Virus record (IMG/VR): IMGVR_UViG_3300036886_000043
Coordinates: 33,231-97,230 of that record
Origin: a virus
Reading direction: 5' to 3' (one strand)
DNA: 64,000 nucleotides
Numbering within the stretch: position 1 is the stretch's first letter; each line of letters opens with the position of its first letter. The position numbers and the translations under genes were made by a program. The notes below the pieces were generated by a model. The model was not told the DNA's origin. It did no database searches and worked only from the letters and a program-made list of their open reading frames with translations. Below, piece by piece: positions 56,384-64,000 of the stretch.

Positions 56384-56578
56384 ATGAGCAAACCGCGCGT
56401 AATCGAGATTCGCCCCTTCCGCAACCTGCCGTCCGGAGAACTCAAAAGGATTTTGGTCGCGGCGGCTGAGTGCGGAGTACGCCCTAGTGAATTCTGTCGC
56501 AGCGCGGTCTCGGACTGGTGCAGGAAACACGAAGCAGAGCAGAACGCGGCCAAACGCCTCACAACGAAGGAGCCGTAA
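56384..56578 (+). CDS. ribbon-helix-helix-like small regulator
   Basis: IEIRP...ELKRILVAAAECGVRPSEFCRSAV. Confidence 0.6.
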   Translation: MSKPRVIEIRPFRNLPSGELKRILVAAAECGVRPSEFCRSAVSDWCRKHEAEQNAAKRLTTKEP

Positions 56579-56799
56579 CCGTGACTCAAACAGGGCATGA
56601 ACAGCAGAGACTGCGCATCGCAGCGGCGCGGCGGTTTTTACACTGCTCCATAGCGGAGTCTGGTGGACGTAGGGACTCAGCCTTGAACGCGGCAGCACGC
56701 GAGAACAATGCTATCGCACTCTTCGAGATACGCTTGCAAGACATGGACAAGCTGGAAGCGGAACTCAGGGCTGCGAAAATCAAGAAGGAGAAGTAACCC

Positions 56800-57189
56800 A
56801 TGCAATTCATCCAACACGTAAACCTGTACTGGTTGGTGTTTGAACTGCTTGCGGGATTGGCGGTAATCGCGCTGGTGTGGCGATACTTCGACGTAATCCT
56901 GGCATGGCTCAAGAGCAAGAACTGGACCACGCATACCGTCGGTGCCGCGTGTATATCGGCAGCCATCTATATTTCTGCCAGCCAGCAAGCGCAGCAGTTC
57001 CTTTTAGACTTGCTCAAAGCGCATCCTGCTTTGGCTGCGGACGCAATTCTCTTGGCGACGTTGATTGCCAAGGCCAGTCGCTCCAGTTCACCTGCTGGCA
57101 CGATGGCAGCGGCAAGGGCTATACGGGCCGATGGCGACCAGCCGACAACCAAACAGGTAGACGAGGCAGACACGGCCATCACCAAGTAG
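56800..57189 (+). CDS. holin-like membrane protein
   Basis: 2-3 hydrophobic helices; AAGGAG RBS. Confidence 0.55.
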   Translation: MQFIQHVNLYWLVFELLAGLAVIALVWRYFDVILAWLKSKNWTTHTVGAACISAAIYISASQQAQQFLLDLLKAHPALAADAILLATLIAKASRSSSPAGTMAAARAIRADGDQPTTKQVDEADTAITK

Positions 57190-57366
57190 CGCATCCAGCA
57201 GCGAGAGGACGGCTATGCCTTTTATCAAAGACCCCGAAATGCCGAAAATCCGACCTTGGTGGCTAAACTTTCTAGTCTATTGGCGGCTCATCTTCATGGG
57301 CGGAAAATGGGTAGACCCGCGAGACGGTCAAGAATGGATGATTTGGTATTAGCGCATCCAGCAGCG
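57187..57366 (+). repeat. 17-bp direct repeat TAGCGCATCCAGCAGCG flanking a 45-aa ORF (57215-57352)
   Basis: copies at 57187-57203 and 57350-57366. Confidence 0.85.
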
Positions 57367-57598
57367 GCAGAGGAGATGAAGATGCTTAATCCCGTTTATT
57401 GTAGGCAGTTGGAAGATCACAGCGGTTTCGGCATATTCCAGGGAATCGTCAAGTGGAGTAAGCACTTGTCCGCAGAAGTTCTTGATGAGAAATGGGAAGT
57501 ATGCCTGGGCTTAGGAAGCACAAGAAAGGCCGCTTGGAAAGATTATCGCAACCAGTAACCGCACCATCAACCCGCAGGACACGCCATAGGAGGCGCAC

Positions 57599-57961
57599 AT
57601 GAAACGAATCGCAATCGCCGCAGTTCTGGCGCTGGTCGCAGTTGGGATGGTAGGATGCGCGAATTGGGAGCGTACCACTTTCCAAACGCTATCGACCAGC
57701 CAAGCCGTTATCAACCAAGCGCAGGCCGACTACACGACCGGGACTGCCATTCCACGCAGCACCGCCGCCTACAATGCCATCAACACAGCCAAGACCGCAC
57801 AGAACACCGCTGTGAACCTGATGGTCACTTACGAGGAAATCAAGGCCGCTGGCGGGACTACTGCCAGTCTGACCGCCGCGCAGAATGACGTGACAATCGC
57901 GCTGACAAATCTTCCAACCATCATCGCCAACGTGAAGGCGCTCTATTCGGGGGTGAAATAA
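57599..57961 (+). CDS. lipoprotein
   Basis: MKRIAIAAVLALVAVGMVG-C lipobox; AGGAGG RBS. Confidence 0.8.
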   Translation: MKRIAIAAVLALVAVGMVGCANWERTTFQTLSTSQAVINQAQADYTTGTAIPRSTAAYNAINTAKTAQNTAVNLMVTYEEIKAAGGTTASLTAAQNDVTIALTNLPTIIANVKALYSGVK

Positions 57962-58206
57962 TGGTAACCGTCGGACAAGTTCTCACTGTTGTACAGCAAG
58001 TTCAAGCAGCCGCCAACATAATTCTGGCCGAAGCCGAAACGCTTGACCCAGGGCTGGCCCTTCCTGTCGGAATCGAGCAAGCTGTTGAGGCGATGGCAGT
58101 AACGGCGCTGACCGCGTGGACAACCTCAGCCGGTACTCCTGTCACTGTGGCATCGGTGCAGGCACTACTGGCAAACCCTGCGCCCTTGCCGCTGCCCACG
58201 AGCTAA
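57961..58206 (+). CDS. hypothetical Ala-rich protein
   Basis: TAATG coupling to the lipoprotein gene. Confidence 0.6.
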   Translation: MVTVGQVLTVVQQVQAAANIILAEAETLDPGLALPVGIEQAVEAMAVTALTAWTTSAGTPVTVASVQALLANPAPLPLPTS

Positions 58207-58208
58207 CC

Positions 58209-58457
58209 ATGCCCACTCAACTGACAATCATCGACGCTGATCTCGCCGCGCTTATACAGGCGGCGAAGGCCACTCTAGCGAAGATTGACGCGCTGGCGGA
58301 TTCCCTTTCTTCCTCCGTTATATCGATTCGGCAGGATGTACAGGATGTAGCGAATACTATCACTGCGGCTATCCCAGCGATTCAGGCCGATGTGAAGCAA
58401 GCGGCCGACGCAGTGACGGCGTTCCACATCAAGGGGCCGCTTGGGATAAGCAGCTAA
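58209..58457 (+). CDS. hypothetical helical protein
   Basis: follows directly in the operon. Confidence 0.55.
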   Translation: MPTQLTIIDADLAALIQAAKATLAKIDALADSLSSSVISIRQDVQDVANTITAAIPAIQADVKQAADAVTAFHIKGPLGISS

Positions 58458-59248
58458 CCAGTTTGCGCGGGCCTCGTGGTAGGTAATACGCGGTGCAGGC
58501 TCGAAGGCGTGCATAGTTCTGAGCACAGGACGGCCCGCGCGAAGCCTGTCGTTTGAACTACAAATCATGTGCGCGGCGGTGTCCAAGACCACGGTAGCAT
58601 GAGCAGGCGCAGGAGACAGGCGCAATTCATCTCGTCCACCACAGCAGCTAAATGCGTGGAAGGAGTCACGGGGCCGTTCACCAGAGCGGCTTCAGTTCAT
58701 TCAGGAGGACAAACATGGTTAAACCTGTTTGGTATAAGCCTGCCCATGCACGATTGTTTCATGCTTTCCGTGACGGGGTAAGTCTTTGCAGATCATGGAA
58801 GATTACACGGCCTTTGCAGCCAATGAAGGCGGGGGCTAAGGCTAATAGCCAATGCGGAAAGTGCTTTTTGGAATACGCTAAGAGCCTTACCTGTCTATGC
58901 AAAGACGGGAAGCCTGCAAATCCAAGGTGCCGTCTTCATGGCAGGAACCCGCTTGTGCCTATACCTGCTATTCAGGAGGACAACCAGCAATGACCCTTAT
59001 AGGCTCTGATTTTGTCGCCGTGTTCCAAAAGAAGAGAACGCGCTGCTCTGAATGTCAAAGCGTGATTGAAACTGGAGAAGCGGCTTTTGAGTCCATCCGT
59101 GACGGCAAATGCAAGAAGCGTGTCTGCTCCGAGCGTTGCCGCCTTGCTTTCGATGATGCGTTCTGGCAGGCAGCGGCACAGAGAAACCACCCGCAGGAGG
59201 CCCAATGAATAGCATCCCCTACACGGCTCCCCACGCAGGTCTGCTCCA

Positions 59249-59635
59249 ATGAATATGGCCGTCCATTTCAGTTCCGCGAGTGAGCATTGGGGCACACCAA
59301 AGGCTGTCTATGCTGCATTGGACGCCGAGTTTCACTTTGATTATGACCCGTGTCCTCTACGTTCTGAGGTTGATGGCCTAGAGGCAAATTGGGGAGGGCA
59401 TAGAGTTTATTGCAATCCGCCTTATGGTCCTGCGATTCGGAAGTTTCTTGACAAGGCGTTAGAGGCTTCGGTCGCCGTGTTTCTCATCCCGGCTAGGACC
59501 GATACGCGCTGGTTCCATGAGATTGTTCTGCCGTTTGCAAACGAGATCCGATTCATCAAAGGAAGACTCAAGTTCGGAGACGCGAAGAACTCAGCGCCAT
59601 TTCCGAGCATGATCGTGGTCTTCAAGGAGAAATAA
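59249..59635 (+). CDS. phage DNA N6-adenine methyltransferase (Dam-like family)
   Basis: WGTP...EFHFDYDPC...VYCNPPYG...LIPARTDTRWFH...RFIKGRLKF...APFPS. Confidence 0.93.
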   Translation: MNMAVHFSSASEHWGTPKAVYAALDAEFHFDYDPCPLRSEVDGLEANWGGHRVYCNPPYGPAIRKFLDKALEASVAVFLIPARTDTRWFHEIVLPFANEIRFIKGRLKFGDAKNSAPFPSMIVVFKEK

Positions 59636-60204
59636 TGGTTTCAGCCTACTCAATCCCGTATGCGGTGGTTTCCCCTGTACATCCTGGCCTGCTCTACTCG
59701 AGTGGGCGACGTGGGCCTTATACGCCATAGTCGGGCTTGCGGCCCTATTCCTCATGCCAAGCCAGCTACGGGAGTCTGTGGCGCGGCTGTGGGCACCGCT
59801 GAGCGCGTTCCTAGCCTGTCTGTGCTGGCCGCTGGCCGTGGCAGGCTGTTGGGCATGGGTACGGCTCTCCGGGGCCGTCCTGGGGCAGATATGGAGCGTT
59901 CTGTGGCCTGTTGAGGACGAATATACAGGGCCACAGGACCAGGAGAGCCGGAAATGGGGCGAGTGGCTGCGGTGGCAGCCGAGGACGTGAAAGGGTAGAA
60001 TTGAGTTTGCGCGGCGGTCTACAGGATGCCGGGACGGGAGTCAAGCGCCCGGAATACTGCAAGACCTAAGCTGCGAATGAGCAGCCCACGTAAAGCGTCT
60101 TGGTCCGCAGTAGGCCAAGTGGACGCCGGGGACGTGGGCTTGCTAGTCAATCTGGCAGGCCCACGCAATTCACTTTAGACCGGCCCACACACACGGAGGC
60201 ATGA

Positions 60205-60576
60205 ATGGCTTGGACATATCAGCAATCGACAGGCGATTTGACAGACCCGCAAGGGGTCGTTATCGGGCAAGGCTATGCGGGCCATGGGGCAGGCGTGGAC
60301 AATCCCGCCGATGAGCGGATTCACGATGTAGGACCGCTCCCAACCGGAAATTATACTATAGGGCCGTTCTACAATGACCCTGGCGGCAAGGGGCCGATTG
60401 TCGCACACTTGATTTCAGGCCCATCAAATGAGATGTTCGGACGTTCCGGCTTTATGATTCACGGCGACACTACTATCTGCAATCACACGGCCTCTGAGGG
60501 TTGCATTGTGCTGGCCCATGCGCTCCGCCAAGCGATTGCGTCAAGCGACGATAGTGCCCTGATTGTCGTCCCATAA
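60205..60576 (+). CDS. DUF2778/Tlde1-like L,D-transpeptidase-fold peptidoglycan enzyme
   Basis: WTYQQSTG...GYAG...VGPLPTGNY.IG...GRSGFMIHGD...ASEGCIV. Confidence 0.88.
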   Translation: MAWTYQQSTGDLTDPQGVVIGQGYAGHGAGVDNPADERIHDVGPLPTGNYTIGPFYNDPGGKGPIVAHLISGPSNEMFGRSGFMIHGDTTICNHTASEGCIVLAHALRQAIASSDDSALIVVP

Positions 60577-61120
60577 TTCCACACTAGGAAACCGGGCCAT
60601 CGTCGCCGCGCACCCGGAGAAGCAAGAATATCTCGCGGGCTGGATTGCCCGCGCCCGGAAGTAAATCCCGCAACGATTACGAAGTCCAGATCCCCGGTCA
60701 CATCGGCCGGGGTTTCGTGCGTTTGAGGATCTCGGGCGCCGGCTACTCCCCTATTTTGCGTAAAAGGTGTAAACTGCCTACATCGCCAATAAATCTGATT
60801 CGTCAGATTAAGGCGTATTGGAGGGAAGCGTGACGCCAAAAGAGAAAGCATAAGCCATCGACGCTGTTACAAAGGGCGATGCGACAGCCGTGGAAACCTT
60901 GGAAAAGTTGTCTCGGTCCAGTTCCACGCTCAAGAGGGCTGCGGCATGGACGCTGGCTATCGGTGCATCACCTATGCCGGGAACATCGAAAGAAGATGGT
61001 GAGCGTGTCCGTGAGCAGATGGCGCAGTTGGTAGTGGACTGTTACAGCGCGGGATTCATTGCCGCACTTGAAATCAAGTAACCCGCGCTGGCTGTGCTGG
61101 CGCCGTGAAAGGACAGGATA

Positions 61121-61519
61121 ATGGACATCGGAAATGTAACAAATGACATTATGCGCGAAGCGGCTGTGGATAAGGAAATGATGTACTGCTTCGACACGCT
61201 ACTAAGGCCAGAACACCAAGGCGAATCCTTGTCTAAGGCTATGTATAAGGCAAAGACCATCGCACGCAAGGGCATGGTGCCGATTGAGGCGGTGGAGAAG
61301 GCGATACGGGATGAAATCGAAATATGGCTCAACCAGAATGGGAGAAACATCAACACCATTCCTGATGCTGTGATCGCCCGCCTGACCGCGCCGCCCAAGC
61401 CCACGAGGCAGGAGCGCATTGAGGCGATACTAATTGGGAACAATCTCTGGAACGGCCAGACGAAGAAAGTCGCCGCTGAGATCGTAGCGGAACTGGACAA
61501 GGAGGCGCACCATGAATAA
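61121..61519 (+). CDS. hypothetical protein
   Basis: RBS; ATGA overlap with the next gene. Confidence 0.6.
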   Translation: MDIGNVTNDIMREAAVDKEMMYCFDTLLRPEHQGESLSKAMYKAKTIARKGMVPIEAVEKAIRDEIEIWLNQNGRNINTIPDAVIARLTAPPKPTRQERIEAILIGNNLWNGQTKKVAAEIVAELDKEAHHE

Positions 61520-61775
61520 GCCGTGTCCGTTTTGTGGTGGAAAAGCGCGAAAGACAAAGAATCCGTATCCGCATTATGTATATTGCGTAAAATGCGGCGC
61601 GTCAAGTGACGCTTGGAAGGACATGAAAGATTCCATTGCCGCATGGAACACACGCAAGCCAACCAACGCCCTGGTTGCCGCGCTGAGAATCATTGCAAAG
61701 ATTGGCGGCATGAACGAGCGAGACGTGGCACTTGAGGCCCTACGCGCTGCCGGAGAACTGGAGGAAACGAAATGA
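61512..61775 (+). CDS. Lar-family restriction-alleviation-like zinc protein
   Basis: KPCPFCGGKA...C.KCGA...AAWNTR. Confidence 0.8.
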   Translation: MNKPCPFCGGKARKTKNPYPHYVYCVKCGASSDAWKDMKDSIAAWNTRKPTNALVAALRIIAKIGGMNERDVALEALRAAGELEETK

Positions 61776-62899
61776 GTGAGCCGATTTATGACAGCGAATT
61801 TGCGGAATATAACGAGTCCTGCGTAACTGACCTAAAAGCGGAGAACACTCGTCTTGAGGCCGAGAGGGAAGCAATGCAGCGTCGTGCTGAATCGGCTGAG
61901 TCTGATTGGCAAACGTCCGAGGCTGAGAACGCCACGCTCCGGACGCAAGTGGAGCAACTGGAAACCGACAAATTCAATTTACGAGTGAGGCTCCGTATGG
62001 CTAATCGTGTGGTGAATGAACTTGAGGACGAATTGGAGCCACCGGGAGACTTTTAACGCAGCACGGAAGGAGGCCGGGAATGGCGTTTCCAAGACTGAGT
62101 AGTAAAGACGAACAGGACCGCATCGCCGAGCTAGAGCGGCAGCTTGCCAGTTTCGAAGAGATACGCAGAGCGGAAGAGAAAATCCTCATCGCAGAAATTG
62201 AGGCGGCGCACAGAAACGAAGCGCAGGGGCAAGGAGGGAACGAAGCCATGACAGCGGAACAGCAAGTGAAGGAGATTTACCCGAAGGCAAAGGCACAGTA
62301 CCATCCGGGGTTTCGCCTTTGGTATATCGTTAAGAGTTCCTACTCGAAGTTTGGGCTGGCAGAACCGAACTGCCGCGAATCGTGGGCATGGGCCGACGCT
62401 CTACGCCGCATCAAGTGAAGGAGAGAAGTCATGAAGTTGACCAAACTGGAACGGGAGATGTTTGAGGCGTTATGTGACGTTCTCTCTGCATGGCGCAGTT
62501 ACGGCGCAATAGCACTTCGCAGTACTGACGAGTACAAATCATTGTCAGCGGTTCGTCGCGCCCTGAAACACGCGAAAGAGAAGATGGAGAAGCCATGACC
62601 GACAGAGAGTTTGTTGAAAGCGTCGCCGAGATTGAGAAGTACGAGACGGCGCGCGAAATTATTATTTACTGGAAAGGAGAACCGCGCTTCTATACATGGG
62701 CCGGTGCTGCTCAGTATTTCCGCGTCGCGCTAGAGGAGATTCGGCAGGTCAAGGAAGCGGCTGAGTGGGTTCAGGATTGTATTGATATGTCTGGGATAAC
62801 CGAGCCAGAAAAGGGCATACCAGAACAGCGATTTATTCTCGCCCTGTTACGCGTCCATCTGGAAACGCTCAGCCGGGGCATCAAACCAGAGGTGCTGAA

Positions 62900-63205
62900 A
62901 TGACCACACATGAGCACCTTTACTTAAAGTTGATGGAGGAGTGTGCCGAGGTCCAGCAGAGAGCATCTAAGCTGTTACAATTCGGCAGCGAAGAATCACA
63001 GCCGGGAGACTATCAGACTAACGAGATGCGGCTACGTGAAGAACTCAACGATCTCCTGACTGTCATCGACATGGTGGAGCAACGCGGGTTTATGATGAAC
63101 GGGCCTGAACGCCTCCATCAGCACATGGATGAGAAGCGCCAAAAGATAGCAAAGTATCTTGCTTACTCACAGGAGCTTGGGCGCGTTGATAGGGGGCCAT
63201 CATGA
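62900..63205 (+). CDS. MazG-like all-alpha NTP pyrophosphatase-fold protein
   Basis: KLMEECAEVQQRASKLLQFG...LREELNDL. Confidence 0.7.
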   Translation: MTTHEHLYLKLMEECAEVQQRASKLLQFGSEESQPGDYQTNEMRLREELNDLLTVIDMVEQRGFMMNGPERLHQHMDEKRQKIAKYLAYSQELGRVDRGPS

Positions 63206-63642
63206 CCATACGCCGTATCGGTTTCATCAGCTTAGGTTGTGCAGCCTTCTATTTGGCGCTGTGCATGGCGATTGAGGCCCTGCCGCAGACGCCCTGCCAC
63301 GGCAAGACGGCGCGGGAGCAGTGCGCGTGCCTGGGGCAAGTCTACGATGCCAAGTTCAAGGGCTGTGTCATTACGCCTAAGACGCTAACGGGTTCACCTA
63401 TTGTGCTTCCCGCCTTGCTCATGCCAGAACCTTGCGCCCCGCCAAACTGGTGGACCCCAGACGGGCGCTGTCACATGAAGTTGATAGTCTACGGCCGCTG
63501 TTCGATAAGGGCCACGGCCGGCAAGACCACGGTGGAGTGTAGCTGGAAGCCGAAGGCGGAGTGAAATGACGCAAATGAGTGCATGTCGGTTCGCAGGATA
63601 TATTCTTATGGGAATTATGTATTTAACTTCCTTGGAGGATAA

Positions 63643-63927
63643 GTGATGCCGAAACATAAGGAATATCAGTGCGGGCGATGCGGATCGAGCATCATGTTCG
63701 AGGAATGCCCGGACTGCGGCGGTGAGGGGTTTTCTAGCCATGATTGCGGGGAAGATTGCTGTTGCTGCCTTTACCCAGAGGACAATGTGCCCTGCGATGC
63801 GTGCAACGGGGACGGAACATTTGCTCGTTGCTTGTCTTCGCCTGAATGGTGCGAGGCACATCCGATGCGTGGCCGCGAAACAACCGAACGGAGCACAGTG
63901 GAGAGCTTTTCGATAGGGGCGGTATGA
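63643..63927 (+). CDS. Cys-rich zinc-binding protein
   Basis: CGRCG, CPDCGG, HDCGEDCCCC, CDACNG. Confidence 0.7.
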   Translation: MMPKHKEYQCGRCGSSIMFEECPDCGGEGFSSHDCGEDCCCCLYPEDNVPCDACNGDGTFARCLSSPEWCEAHPMRGRETTERSTVESFSIGAV

Positions 63928-64000
63928 GCGAGGAAGTTAAGTACGTAAATCCCATTCTTATAGTGCTGGGTCTTGCGTTATGCACATGCCCTGCTGCCCA

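Overview
This window is part of a large tailed-phage (or prophage/phage-plasmid) genome, almost entirely on the + strand. A LexA-type DNA-binding domain, an acyl carrier protein and a DUF3309-like protein hint at an Acidobacteriota-like soil host, but that is inference only. Gene order: truncated LexA and J-domain genes; a glycosyl/methyltransferase locus; podovirus-like virion and ejection genes including a 3810-aa polyvalent protein; a 35-gene tRNA array covering all 20 amino acids (11980-16458); recombination and replication genes (Bet, exonuclease, resolvase, DnaB); two signal-peptide-bearing fibre proteins; lysis/membrane genes; and accessory genes. Main finding: the tRNA array is split into three blocks, each preceded by promoter -> 22-23-aa leader ORF -> antiterminator/terminator switch. 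The leader codons are the codons read by the tRNAs of that block, down to isoacceptor level. This looks like a set of ribosome-mediated attenuators that sense loss of particular host tRNAs and switch on the matching phage replacements. Other notable observations: two tRNA-Arg genes with the D-loop moved 3' of the anticodon arm, seven tRNAs with C33, tRNA-Pyl-like folds, swapped variable-arm classes, and a 13-bp palindrome (TCCAAAnTTTGGA) present 13 times at 2-6 kb spacing. All calls were read and folded by eye; no searches were run.
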